Below, in pieces: positions 1 through 9,222 of a stretch of 39,871 bases of DNA; the stretch's first letter is position 1; the number at the start of each line of letters is the position of its first letter. The notes beneath the pieces are model-generated. The model was not told the DNA's origin. It ran no database searches and saw only the letters and a program-made list of their open reading frames with translations. The position numbers were made by a program, and so were the translations under genes. The stretch lies in contig JAXDLV010000224.1 in NCBI GenBank assembly GCA_034666445.1, positions 1 to 39,871 of the forward strand. The letters are read 5' to 3'. Source of the stretch: Chloroflexota bacterium (GTDB lineage: Bacteria; Chloroflexota; Dormibacteria; DASZGP01).

Positions 1-1256
1 CTTTCGATCGTGGCGCGCCCCTTGACGGCACGGCGGGGGGAGACCTCGGCGTACACGCGCTCCAGGTTGGCGTCCTGCTGGTCGATGGTGGTAACGGCGA
101 CGCCGCGTGGCGCCCCGGCGCGCAGGCGCCGGCGCAGCTCGGCGTCGCCCGACCAGCGCTGCAGGGCCGCCGCCCACGCCGCGGCGCTGCCGGACTCCAC
201 TACCAGGCCGTTGTCGCCGTCGCGCACGACCTCCTCGGGCCCTCCTGAGTCGGAGCAGATCACCGGCACCCCCCGGGCCAGCGCCTCGCGGGTCACCAGC
301 GAGAAGGACTCGCGCATGACCGAGGGCACGGCGAGGGCATCGAGCGTCGTGAAGACGGCATCGGCCTCGCTCGGCGCGAAAGCCGGGCGCACCTCGACCC
401 CGGCGGGCGGCCGCCGCGCGGCGGGGGACTCACCCGCGCCCCAGGCTGTGATCCGCAGCGGCAGCGGCTCGTCGGGCAGCTGACGGCGCGCGTCCAGCAG
501 CAGCGGGAAGCCCTTCAGCTCGTGGCCCCCGCCGACAAAGCCCAGGACGGGCACCGCCCCAGGGTTGGCCTGCTCGGCGACCGCCCCGCCGCCAGGGCGG
601 GAGCGCGTCTCCGCCCGTCCGCCCGAGTCCACTCCGTTGGCGTCGACCTCCACCCGGTCGAGGTCGAAGCCGTTGGCGCCCAGCGACTGGCGCATGAACT
701 CCGAGGGGGTGAGCACCCTGGCCACGTGCGCCAGCCGCTCCCGGAGCCACGCGCGGCGGGCATGGTTGAACTCCGCCCCGCCCGCGCAGGCGCAGCCCTC
801 GACGTCGACCAGGGGCGCGTCGATGGTCATGTCCTCACGGACCAGGAATTGGCGGGCGCACGTCCACCACCAGTCGTGCATCGTCACCACCACCGGCGCG
901 CGTCGCGACGCCTCGTCGATCCAGGTCGCCCCCAGCCCCTGGAGCGAGTGCGCGTGGACGACGTCGGGCCTGGCCTCGGCGAGCCACGCCTGGATGGCGG
1001 CCGCGGCCTCGGGGTTGTCGTAGCCGCGGGGGTCCGTAAACGCGAGGTAGTCCTCTGTGTTGAGCGAGGTGATGCTGATCCCGTCGGCCTCGTCCGCGGT
1101 CAGGCTGAGGCTGCGCTCGGCCGGCCGCCGGGCGCCGCTCAGCACCCGTACGTCGTGGCCCCGCGCCGTGAGCGCCCGCGCCACCCGGTGGACCTGCAGG
1201 CTGGCCCCGCCGGTGAAGGCGGGCCACGCCAGGGCGGTGACCATCGCCACCCTCAT
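1..1256 (-). CDS. GT4-family (GT-B) glycosyltransferase, 3' end runs off the window
   Basis: Read manually because it is absent from the ORF track (no stop inside the window). ATG at 1256 gives MRVAMVTALAWPAFTGGASLQVHRVARALTARGHDVRVL. The same frame contains VPSVMRESFSLVTREALARGVPVICSDSGGPEEVVRDGDNG, the GT4 E-x7-E motif. The frame is still open at position 1. Confidence 0.9.
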   Translation of the reverse strand, partial: MRVAMVTALAWPAFTGGASLQVHRVARALTARGHDVRVLSGARRPAERSLSLTADEADGISITSLNTEDYLAFTDPRGYDNPEAAAAIQAWLAEARPDVVHAHSLQGLGATWIDEASRRAPVVVTMHDWWWTCARQFLVREDMTIDAPLVDVEGCACAGGAEFNHARRAWLRERLAHVARVLTPSEFMRQSLGANGFDLDRVEVDANGVDSGGRAETRSRPGGGAVAEQANPGAVPVLGFVGGGHELKGFPLLLDARRQLPDEPLPLRITAWGAGESPAARRPPAGVEVRPAFAPSEADAVFTTLDALAVPSVMRESFSLVTREALARGVPVICSDSGGPEEVVRDGDNGLVVESGSAAAWAAALQRWSGDAELRRRLRAGAPRGVAVTTIDQQDANLERVYAEVSPRRAVKGRATIE

Positions 1257-1283
1257 CGCCGCTGCCTCAGCCCGGCGCCCGGG

Positions 1284-2798
1284 TCAGCGCGGTGCGTGCT
1301 CCGGCGAACGCTCGAGCGCCGCCTCGACGGCCTCCAACCGCGCCGAGAGCTCGCGCAGCCGGGCGTCGATGTCTGCGAGCGCCCGGGACGTTCCCGCGGC
1401 CTCGCGCTGGCGCTTGGCGTCGACCTCCCGCAGCGCCTCCAGCAGCGCCGTGCCCACGTCGCGCTGGTAGACCCACTGGTTGCGGAGCACCCGCTTGAGC
1501 ACGCGTCGGAAGCTGCGCGCCGCCACCGAGTAGGGTCCCCCGCGCTCGGTCGGAAGCTCCACCTCGGGCCCCCGCGAAAGCATGAGCGACGCCCTCTGCA
1601 TGGCCCCCGCGAAGGCCCAGCGGTCGCCGTTCTGGGCGGCCGCCGCCAGGAGCCCGCTGCCGCGGATCGTGTCGTAGCGCTCCCGGATGAAGTCGGCCTG
1701 GCGCGCGGGCGCGTGCGACCGCAGGATGTCCTCCTGGGCCCGGCGGCCGCGTGCGGCCGCCTCCTCGGGGTGCTCCTGGGCGTGGCGCATCAGGCGGGCG
1801 GCGTCCTCGATGTCGGGCTCCGCCCACCGACCGGAGGCGGGGTAATTCCAGACGTCCTCGCCGACCAGGGCTGGCCGCCACTTGACCAGGTAGCTGTTGT
1901 CATCGTTCATGAAGTCGAGGTTGCCGGAGTAGCCGGTGGCGATGACCGGCCGGCCCAGCGCCATCGCCTCGGCCAGGGTCAGGCCGAAGCCCTCGGAGCG
2001 GTGCAGCGACACGTAGCAGTCGCACAGCCCGATCAGGCTGTTCTTCTCCTCCGCGGTCATGTAGCGGTCGAAGAAGATGATGTCGTCGCGGCCCTCGGCG
2101 GCGGCGTGGAGGGCGGCCGAGTCTTCCGGGCGCTTGTCCGCGTTCAGGGTCTTGATCACCAGGACCGGCCCGTCGCCGGGCTGGAAGGCGCGCTTGAACG
2201 CCTCGATCAGCCCGGTCGGGTTCTTGCGCTTGGCGACGCTGTAGAAGTCGAAGCAGAAGAGGAACATGTAGCTGTCGGGCAGGCCCAACCCGGCGCGGCT
2301 GATCCCCTGCGCGACCGGGGGCCTGACGATCGGGTGACCGAAGGTGAAGACCGGCTTGGTGGTGACCTTGCGGATCGCGTCGCTGGAGTAGTCGCTCGGC
2401 ATCCAGACCTCGTCGACGAAGTCCAGGGAGCCGAGCAGCACGGGCGGGAACTCCTCGGTCTCCCAGGCCCAGGTGCCGATGGTGTAGCGCTTCATGAAGA
2501 CGCCGGGCCCGGCGTCCCGTGCGAATGTCGGGACCATGTCGGCGTTGACGCAGAGGAGGTTGACGTCGTGGCGCGGGACGCCGACCTCGGCGTGCTCCTC
2601 GAAGTCGCTGCCCTCCCTGCTGGGGCTGGCCTTGTAGTCCATCGTCTGGAAGGGGATGCCGGTCATCTCGATGGCCGGCAGCATCAGGCGGGTGGCCTCG
2701 CCCAGGCCGTTGACGGCGCGCAGGTACCCGATCACGTTGAGGCCCGGCTCCAGGTCCTCGCCGAACCTCTGGGGCGCGACGTCGGTGCTCCTGTCCAT
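1284..2798 (-). CDS. GT4-family glycosyltransferase with C-terminal coiled coil
   Basis: Motifs GLGEATR, WAWET, RKNPTGLIEAF and SLHRSEGFGLTLAEAMALGRPVIATGYSGNLDF. C-terminus is heptad-rich (LADIDARLRELSARLEAVEAAL). I chose ATG 2798 over the ORF-track start 2975, which overlaps the upstream gene. Confidence 0.88.
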   Translation of the reverse strand: MDRSTDVAPQRFGEDLEPGLNVIGYLRAVNGLGEATRLMLPAIEMTGIPFQTMDYKASPSREGSDFEEHAEVGVPRHDVNLLCVNADMVPTFARDAGPGVFMKRYTIGTWAWETEEFPPVLLGSLDFVDEVWMPSDYSSDAIRKVTTKPVFTFGHPIVRPPVAQGISRAGLGLPDSYMFLFCFDFYSVAKRKNPTGLIEAFKRAFQPGDGPVLVIKTLNADKRPEDSAALHAAAEGRDDIIFFDRYMTAEEKNSLIGLCDCYVSLHRSEGFGLTLAEAMALGRPVIATGYSGNLDFMNDDNSYLVKWRPALVGEDVWNYPASGRWAEPDIEDAARLMRHAQEHPEEAAARGRRAQEDILRSHAPARQADFIRERYDTIRGSGLLAAAAQNGDRWAFAGAMQRASLMLSRGPEVELPTERGGPYSVAARSFRRVLKRVLRNQWVYQRDVGTALLEALREVDAKRQREAAGTSRALADIDARLRELSARLEAVEAALERSPEHAPR

Positions 2799-2808
2799 CT
2801 GCGTGCTC

Positions 2809-2814
2809 AGTTTA
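2809..2814 (-). promoter_or_regulatory. Candidate -10 box (TAAACT) 10 nt upstream of the GT4 start
   Basis: Minus strand reads ttgTAAACTgagcacgcagATG, an AT-rich hexamer in a very GC-rich context, with no clear SD. Confidence 0.45.
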
Positions 2815-2838
2815 CAAACGGCCTGTGACGGGCCGGCT

Positions 2839-5679
2839 CTAGCTGCTGCTGCCCACTCCGCGGGCGATGTCCCAGCCCGGCCAGTAGGCGCTGGAATTGA
2901 CGGCGGGTGGCGTCGCGGTCGCCGCGAAGGGGTGAAGCCCGCCGTAGCCATCAAGGGTGTAGCCGCCGCTGCCACCCGTGAGGATGGTCACGCCACGGGC
3001 GATGTCCCAGCCCGTCCAGTAAGCGTGGGCGCTGTTCGCCACCGCCGGCGGCGGGGCGTTGCCGAATGGGTGGAGCCCGCCATAGCCGTCGAGGGTGTAG
3101 CCACCAACCAGGCCGCTCGCGCAGCGGGTCAGGACCAGCCCACGGGCGATGTTCCAGCCGGCCCAGTACTCGTGGCTGCCGTCGGCGACAGCGGGCACGC
3201 CGGGCCCCCACTGGTGGACACCGCCGTAGCCGTCGAGGGTGTAGCCGCTGCCGGGCACGTCAGGACACCCCGCGATCGACTCCGCGATGTCCCAGCCCGA
3301 CCAGTACCCGCTGATCGACGGGTCTGGCGGGTTGCCGGATGAGCCAAAGCCATGGACCCCGCCCCAGCCGTCCAGCGTGTACCCCCTCACCGACGGCAGG
3401 CAGCTGGTCAGCACCATGCCGCGGGCAATGTCCCAGCCATTCCAGTAGGCGTGCGCCCCGTCACCAATGTTGGGGGGCGCCGGGTCGCCAAACGGGTGGA
3501 CGCCGCCGTAGCCGTCCAGGGTGTACCCGCGGCGGTTGTCATCGGGGCACACCGCCACGGCGCGGGCGATGTCCCAGCCCCAGTAGGCGTGGCTGTTGTT
3601 CGCCACCGCCGGGCTGGTCCCGTAGCTGTGCACGCCGCCGTAGCCATCCAGGGTGTAGCCGCTGGGAACGTAGTTGAACGCTGCCGCGCGGGAGGCGCTG
3701 CCGCCTCCCTGGTTGGTCACCGACACGGTCACCTTGCCGTACGCGTGGCGTGGCACGACGACCTGGAGCTGGGTCGCCGAGAGGAAGGTGACCGCGGGCG
3801 AGGGTGTGCCGCCGAAGCTGACCGCCGGGGGGGCGCCCCCGGGGTTGGTGAACCCGCAGCCGTTGACCAGCACGGGGTCGCCGACCTGGCCGGCGCCCAG
3901 GCTGACGGAGTTGACCTGGAGGCTAGGGGTGACCGACCCCGACAGGATCATGGCCAGGTCGCCACCCCGGGGCGACCCCAGGCCGGTGGTGAAGTCCCAG
4001 CCGGCGGTCGCCTGGTACGCGAGGTTGCTGCCGCTGACGACGTCGTGGTACGGGGCGAGGTTGGCGGTGCACGCGGCGGCCCTGTACAGCCCTGGGTGGG
4101 GCCATCCCAGCCGGGGCCTGGCCTGCGCAATGGCGTACTGGTTGTACACGGCGCTGAGGCCGGCCCAGCCCGGCGACCCGGCGCTCGTGCCGGCCACCAC
4201 GGTCCAGGCACCTGCGGCGCAGCCGCTGGGGCCCTGGCAGGTGAAGACCGAGATGCCCGTGCGGGGGTCGGCGTCGAAGGCCACGTCGGGGACCTGCCGC
4301 CTGCCGTTGCTGTGGGGGTTGATCACCCCCGTGCCCGTTTGGTAGCTGGGGCGATTGAAGAACAGCGACAGGCCACCACCGGTCGCGATATCCGGGTTTG
4401 GGGCCGTGTTGGACCACGCGGTCTCTCCCCCGTACGCCGTCCCGTTGACGGTCAGGGCGGTGCCTCCCACGCCCACGACATAGGGGTCACTGGCGGGGCT
4501 GTCGACCACCAGGTGGTCGTTGAACGGGCGGCAGCCGTAGGCGCCGTGGTCACCGCTGGCAGCGTAGAAGCTGACGCCCTGCGCCGCTGCCTGCTGGAAG
4601 ATCTGGTCGAGGGTCAGCGACTCGGAGAGCGTCTGCAGCTCCTCGCAGAGGCCCCAGCTGGTGGAGCCGATGTCGAGGCTGCCGTCAGAGGCCATCGCCG
4701 AGTAGGCGTGGTTGACGCCCGGGTCGGTGTTGGGCGCCTCGTAAACGCGAATGACGACGTCACGGGCGACTCCCTGGAGGACCTCGATGTCCAGCTCGGC
4801 CTCGACCTGCCCGGGACCGGGGCTGGCCTGGTACCCGGGGGCGGCACCGTCGACGCTGATGATCGTGGGCGCCGGGAGGGGGGCGGCGTAGTAGTGGGCG
4901 TCGAAGGTGTTGACATCGCCCTGGTCGAAGCCGTCGAGCTCCAGCAGGCCCACCACCTGCCCCGCGCCGTTGCTGCCGGTCAGCGGCGCGCCGGCGACGT
5001 TGTACGCCCCCTTGACCTCGTTGGGCGTGTAGCCGCCGGCGGGTCCCGCCCCGGGTGCCCGCGGCTCTGCCGCCGAGGCGGCCGGCACGACGCGCGCGGC
5101 GTGGTGGCGGGTAACACGGTCCTGCAGTCCGTGCACGCCAAGGACCACGCCGGCCAGCGCGGCCGGCAGCGCAGGCACGAGGTCGTTGGCGTAGAACTCG
5201 CGACCCCCGTCCGGGTCACGGTAGCGGCCCAGCCTCGTGTGCAGGGCGCGGGCGATGGTGGACGCCGTCCCGCGGGCGTCGACCAGGGTGCGCGTGGTGT
5301 TGACGCCGGTCACCTCCAGCCCCGCGGCCGTGAGGAAGGTGCGGGCGGCCGCCACCTGCGCCGGCGTCGGCCCGAAGCGCGCGGTGAACTCGGCGGTCGT
5401 GAGGTAGCGCCCGTAGTCCGGGGAGCCCGGCGTCGACACCGCCTCCACCAGCGCGTCGAGCCCCGCCTGGTCGCGGAGCCGGAGCGCCAGCTGGATGTCC
5501 AGCACGCGTCCAGAGTCCACGTCGCCAAGCCGCTGCGCCGCCGCCAGCGCGGGTTGCAGCTCGCCGCGGGGGACCAGGTCGTCGGCGGCGGCGGGCGTGT
5601 ACCCGCCCAGCCCCCCGATGGCGGCGACCGCCGCCAGGACGGGCGCGAGCCGCCGCGTCACGCGCCGTCGGTACGGCAC
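2839..5679 (-). CDS. Secreted S53 (sedolisin/kumamolisin) peptidase with pro-domain, IPT/TIG domain and six C-terminal GYTLDGYGG repeats
   Basis: Signal peptide, then Pro-kumamolisin-like region (PGSPDYGRYLTTAEFTARFGPT). Catalytic E-x3-D (EAELD), oxyanion SGD and GTS nucleophile (AGTSAGSP) are present, as is the Ca-site-like GWDFTTGLGSP. An IPT-like segment (VLVNGCGF..VSFGG..QLQVVVP..VSVTN..FNY) follows. Confidence 0.9.
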   Translation of the reverse strand: MPYRRRVTRRLAPVLAAVAAIGGLGGYTPAAADDLVPRGELQPALAAAQRLGDVDSGRVLDIQLALRLRDQAGLDALVEAVSTPGSPDYGRYLTTAEFTARFGPTPAQVAAARTFLTAAGLEVTGVNTTRTLVDARGTASTIARALHTRLGRYRDPDGGREFYANDLVPALPAALAGVVLGVHGLQDRVTRHHAARVVPAASAAEPRAPGAGPAGGYTPNEVKGAYNVAGAPLTGSNGAGQVVGLLELDGFDQGDVNTFDAHYYAAPLPAPTIISVDGAAPGYQASPGPGQVEAELDIEVLQGVARDVVIRVYEAPNTDPGVNHAYSAMASDGSLDIGSTSWGLCEELQTLSESLTLDQIFQQAAAQGVSFYAASGDHGAYGCRPFNDHLVVDSPASDPYVVGVGGTALTVNGTAYGGETAWSNTAPNPDIATGGGLSLFFNRPSYQTGTGVINPHSNGRRQVPDVAFDADPRTGISVFTCQGPSGCAAGAWTVVAGTSAGSPGWAGLSAVYNQYAIAQARPRLGWPHPGLYRAAACTANLAPYHDVVSGSNLAYQATAGWDFTTGLGSPRGGDLAMILSGSVTPSLQVNSVSLGAGQVGDPVLVNGCGFTNPGGAPPAVSFGGTPSPAVTFLSATQLQVVVPRHAYGKVTVSVTNQGGGSASRAAAFNYVPSGYTLDGYGGVHSYGTSPAVANNSHAYWGWDIARAVAVCPDDNRRGYTLDGYGGVHPFGDPAPPNIGDGAHAYWNGWDIARGMVLTSCLPSVRGYTLDGWGGVHGFGSSGNPPDPSISGYWSGWDIAESIAGCPDVPGSGYTLDGYGGVHQWGPGVPAVADGSHEYWAGWNIARGLVLTRCASGLVGGYTLDGYGGLHPFGNAPPPAVANSAHAYWTGWDIARGVTILTGGSGGYTLDGYGGLHPFAATATPPAVNSSAYWPGWDIARGVGSSS
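2842..3660 (-). repeat. Six tandem ~45-aa protein repeats, GYTLDG(Y/W)GG(V/L)H...YWxGW(D/N)IA(R/E)
   Basis: Six copies counted in the translation. At DNA level, plus-strand 'gggtgtagcc' and 'gatgtcccagcc' recur. Confidence 0.9.
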
Positions 5680-5680
5680 G

Positions 5681-6895
5681 TCAGTCGCGCTCGCGCTCCC
5701 AGGCCGGGCCCAGCATCACCGCCATGAAGAAGGAGGCGAAGACCAGCTGGATGCCGACGACCGTCAGCGTGAGCGCCAGCACCGTCAGACGGATCTCGTA
5801 GAACGCGTCGAAGTTGGCCTTGAGCCTCTGCACCACCAGGAACAGGTCAGCCACAACGCCGACGACGGTGATGCCGATGCCCAGCAGCGCACCCATCTCG
5901 AGGCTGGCGTTGCGATTGAGCCAGGCGATCGCCCCGTGGCTGCTGCCCAGCCGGTGGGACGCCGAGTAGGCCTCGGCGAAGAGTCCCAGGCTGATGACCT
6001 GGAGGCCGACGACCACCGCGCCGCTGCACGCGATCATCGTGTGCAGGTCGAGCACCAGCCCGCCGGCGCGCAGCGGCCCCGGGGTCAGCAGCAGCATCAG
6101 GACCAGCCCCGGGATGAAGAGCGCGAGCCCCGGCACGAGGAAGAGGGCGGTCGGGCTGTAGAGCAGGATCAGGCGCAGGTGGCGCCAGCCGTCGCGGACG
6201 CGGTGCAGCTTGGTGTCGCCGGTCCGCGGGTAGTAGCGGATGGGCACCTCGGTGCGCCTCAGCTCGGCCCGGGCGGCGTGGATCACCATCTCCGACGCGA
6301 ACTCCATGCCGGTGGTGGTCACCTTCATCCGCTCGTAGGCGTCGCGCGTGAAGGCCCGCATGCCGCAGTGCACGTCGCGGATACCGGTGCGAAAGAGCAG
6401 GTTGAGCAGCCCCGACAGGACCGGGTTGCCGATGTAGCGGTTGCTCCACGGCATCGCCCCGGGCATGATCTCGCCGCCAAAACGGTCGCCGTTGACGTAC
6501 TCGTAGCCCTCGTCGAGGGCCGCCACGAAGCGGTCGAGGGCGTCGAAGTCGTACGTGTCGTCGGCGTCGACCAGGACGATGTATTCGCCCTGGGCGGCGG
6601 CGATGCCGCTGAGGTAGGCGCTGCCGTAGCCGCGGCGCCGCTCGGTGGTCACCCGCGCCCCGAGGGAGGCGGCGATCTCGGCCGACCGGTCGGTGGAACC
6701 GTTGTCGGCGACCACGACCTCGCCGTCGAGGCCGTACCTGTCCAGCGCCGCGCGCGCCTTGGTGATGCAGCTGGCGATCGCCCGTTCCTCGTTGAGGCAG
6801 GGCATCACGATCGAAACCCGGGGGACACGGAGAGGGTCGACCACGGCGGCCGTCCCCAGGGCGCCGGTTTTGGGCCCCACGTCGGCCGCGGTCAT
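5681..6895 (-). CDS. GT2 polyprenol-phosphate glycosyltransferase-like (DPM/DPG-synthase-like) with C-terminal TM helices
   Basis: Motifs SIVMPCLNEE, VADNGSTD, GYGSA, DAD (VDADDTYD), DVHCGMRAF, GMEFASEM and DGWRHL. About four hydrophobic segments at the C-terminus. Confidence 0.9.
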   Translation of the reverse strand: MTAADVGPKTGALGTAAVVDPLRVPRVSIVMPCLNEERAIASCITKARAALDRYGLDGEVVVADNGSTDRSAEIAASLGARVTTERRRGYGSAYLSGIAAAQGEYIVLVDADDTYDFDALDRFVAALDEGYEYVNGDRFGGEIMPGAMPWSNRYIGNPVLSGLLNLLFRTGIRDVHCGMRAFTRDAYERMKVTTTGMEFASEMVIHAARAELRRTEVPIRYYPRTGDTKLHRVRDGWRHLRLILLYSPTALFLVPGLALFIPGLVLMLLLTPGPLRAGGLVLDLHTMIACSGAVVVGLQVISLGLFAEAYSASHRLGSSHGAIAWLNRNASLEMGALLGIGITVVGVVADLFLVVQRLKANFDAFYEIRLTVLALTLTVVGIQLVFASFFMAVMLGPAWERERD

Positions 6896-6905
6896 CCTGG
6901 CGCTG

Positions 6906-6940
6906 AGTTTAGGGGAGGGGGCCGGGGGCGTTCGTATAAT
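6906..6940. promoter_or_regulatory. Divergent -10 boxes: TATAAT (6935-6940, +) for ugd and TAAACT (6911-6906, -) for the GT2 gene
   Basis: TATAAT is 8 nt before GTG 6949 with no SD, so probably leaderless. TAAACT is 10 nt before ATG 6895. Confidence 0.6.
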
Positions 6941-6948
6941 CCGCCCCT

Positions 6949-8250
6949 GTGAGCCGAATTGGCGTGGTCGGCCTGGGGTACGTCGGGCTCACATCCGCCG
7001 CCTGCCTGGCCGACCTGGGACACGACGTGGTCGGCTACGACGTCGACCGCCCCCGGGTGGCGGCGCTGGCGAAGGGCAGGATCCCCATCTACGAGCCCGG
7101 CCTGGAGGAGCTCACCGAGCGGGCCCTCAAGGCCGGCCGCCTGTCGTTCACCACCGACCTCGACGTCGCCCTCCAGGAGGTCGAGTTCCTCTTCCTGGCG
7201 GTGGGGACGCCACCCTCGGCGCGGGGCGCGGCCGACCTCAGCGCGGTGCGGGCCGCGGCCGAGGCGATCGGCGCCCGGCTCGACCACGACGTGGTGGTGG
7301 TCAACAAGAGCACGGTGCCAATCGGCACCGGCGACGTCGTGAGCGAGATCGTCAGCGCCGCGATCAGGGTGCCGGGGGTTGGTGTCGAGGTGGTGAGCAA
7401 CCCCGAGTTCCTGCGCGAGGGCAGCGCGGTGAACGACTTCATGAACCCCGACCGCATCGTGCTGGGGGGCCACAGCGCCAACGCCGTCGCCCGGGTGGCA
7501 GAGCTCTACCGCGCCCTTGAGGCGACGATCCTGGTGACCGACCTCTACACCGCGGAGATGATCAAGTACGCCAGCAACGCCTTCCTGGCCACCAAGATCT
7601 CGTTCATGAACGAGATCGCGATCATCTGCGAGAAGCTCGACGCCGACGTCTCGACGGTGGCGGAGGGGATGGGCCTCGACGTGCGCATCGGCCGCGCTTT
7701 CCTCGACGCCGGGATCGGCTTCGGCGGGTCGTGCTTCCCCAAGGACGTCAAGGCGCTGGCCCGCATGGCCCAGGACCTGGGTTACCACCCCGAGCTGTTG
7801 CGCACGGTGATGGACATCAACAAGGACATGCGCAAGCTGGTTGTCGACCGCCTCGCGGAGATGCTGGGCGGTCTCCGCGGGCAGCGCATCGGCATCCTGG
7901 GGCTGTCCTACAAGCCCAACACCGATGACCTCCGCGAGGCCCCCTCGCTGGACATCATCGAGGGCCTGCTGCGCCGCGGCGCGCATGTCACCGTCTACGA
8001 CCCGGTGGCGATGCCGCGGGCCAAGCAGGTGCTCAATGCGGGCGTGGTCTGCGCCCGCGACGCCTACGGGGCCGCGCGCCAGGCCGACGCGATCGCCGTG
8101 GTGACGGAGTGGAACGAGTTCCGCAGCCTCGACTTTCGCCGCCTCAAGGCGCGCATGCGGCGCCCCGTGGTCGTCGACGGACGCAACATCTGGGACCCCG
8201 CCCAGATGCGGGCGCTGGGCTTCGTCTACCGCGGCATCGGCCGGCGCTGA
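6949..8250 (+). CDS. ugd: UDP-glucose 6-dehydrogenase
   Basis: Motifs GLGYVG, PIYEPGL, AVGTP, NKSTVP, SNPEFLREG, KYASNAFLATKISFMNE, GFGGSCFPKD (catalytic Cys) and YKPNTDDLRE. Confidence 0.96.
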   Translation: MSRIGVVGLGYVGLTSAACLADLGHDVVGYDVDRPRVAALAKGRIPIYEPGLEELTERALKAGRLSFTTDLDVALQEVEFLFLAVGTPPSARGAADLSAVRAAAEAIGARLDHDVVVVNKSTVPIGTGDVVSEIVSAAIRVPGVGVEVVSNPEFLREGSAVNDFMNPDRIVLGGHSANAVARVAELYRALEATILVTDLYTAEMIKYASNAFLATKISFMNEIAIICEKLDADVSTVAEGMGLDVRIGRAFLDAGIGFGGSCFPKDVKALARMAQDLGYHPELLRTVMDINKDMRKLVVDRLAEMLGGLRGQRIGILGLSYKPNTDDLREAPSLDIIEGLLRRGAHVTVYDPVAMPRAKQVLNAGVVCARDAYGAARQADAIAVVTEWNEFRSLDFRRLKARMRRPVVVDGRNIWDPAQMRALGFVYRGIGRR

Positions 8251-8262
8251 CCCGCTGACACC

Positions 8263-9222
8263 ATGGCGCTGACGTCTGAGGGCCTGGCGCCGGGCCGCGC
8301 CCTGGTCAGCGGCGGCTCGGGCTTCCTCGGCTCCCACCTCTGCCGTCGCCTGCTCGACCTGGGCTGCCAGGTCGTCTGTGTCGACAACCTGGTCACCGGC
8401 TCGCGGGACCTCACGGCGCCGCTGCTGGACCGCCCGGGCTTCGAGTTCGTCGAAGCCGATATCAGCGTCGCCCGCGAGTATGGCGCTGACTTCGCCTACG
8501 TCCTCCACTTCGCCTCGCCGGCGTCGCCGCCGGGGTACCTCCGCCACCCGGTGCTGACCCTCGACGCCGGCGCCGCGGGGACGCGCAACATGCTCGACCT
8601 GGCCCTCGCCGCCGGGGCCCGGTTCCTGGTGGCGTCGACCTCGGAGGTCTACGGCGACCCGCTGGTCCACCCCCAGCCCGAGTCGTACTGGGGCAACGTC
8701 AACTCCGTCGGGCCGCGCAGCGTCTACGACGAGGCCAAGCGCGTGGCGGAGGCCTACACCATGGCCTACCACCGCAGCCACGGCGTCGACACGCGGATCG
8801 TGCGCATCTTCAACACCTACGGGCCCGGGATGCAGGTCGACGACGGCCGGGCGATCCCCAACTTCGTCTGCCAGGCGCTTCGCGGCGAGCCCATCACGGT
8901 CTACGGGGACGGCTCCCAGACCCGCAGCCTCTGCTACGTCGACGACCTCATCGAGGGCATCCTCCGGCTGCTGGCGTCCGACGAGGTGATGCCCGTGAAC
9001 ATCGGCAACCAGGAGGAGGTGACGATGCTCCACCTCGCCGAGGAGGTGCGCGCCGCGGTGGGCTCCAGCAGCCCGATCGAGCACCTGCCGCTCCCCGAGG
9101 ACGACCCCCGGCAGCGCCGCCCCGACACCACCCGCGCCCGTGAGCTGCTGGGGTGGGAGCCGCGGACGCCGTTCGCCGAGGGCCTGCCGCCGACGATCGA
9201 GTGGTTCCGGGGCCGGATTTGA
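8263..9222 (+). CDS. UDP-glucuronate decarboxylase (UDP-xylose synthase) family extended SDR
   Basis: Motifs [64 protein letters not shown] and DDPRQRRPD. Directly downstream of ugd. Confidence 0.92.
   Translation: MALTSEGLAPGRALVSGGSGFLGSHLCRRLLDLGCQVVCVDNLVTGSRDLTAPLLDRPGFEFVEADISVAREYGADFAYVLHFASPASPPGYLRHPVLTLDAGAAGTRNMLDLALAAGARFLVASTSEVYGDPLVHPQPESYWGNVNSVGPRSVYDEAKRVAEAYTMAYHRSHGVDTRIVRIFNTYGPGMQVDDGRAIPNFVCQALRGEPITVYGDGSQTRSLCYVDDLIEGILRLLASDEVMPVNIGNQEEVTMLHLAEEVRAAVGSSSPIEHLPLPEDDPRQRRPDTTRARELLGWEPRTPFAEGLPPTIEWFRGRI

Noticed and set aside
522-2828. 768-aa plus-strand ORF
   Set aside because: Antisense shadow of two GT4 genes. Arg/Gly/Pro-rich with no motifs, typical of stop-poor high-GC reverse frames.
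3352-6952. 791-aa and 485-aa plus-strand ORFs
   Set aside because: Shadows of the S53 protease and GT2 genes, which carry the recognisable motifs.
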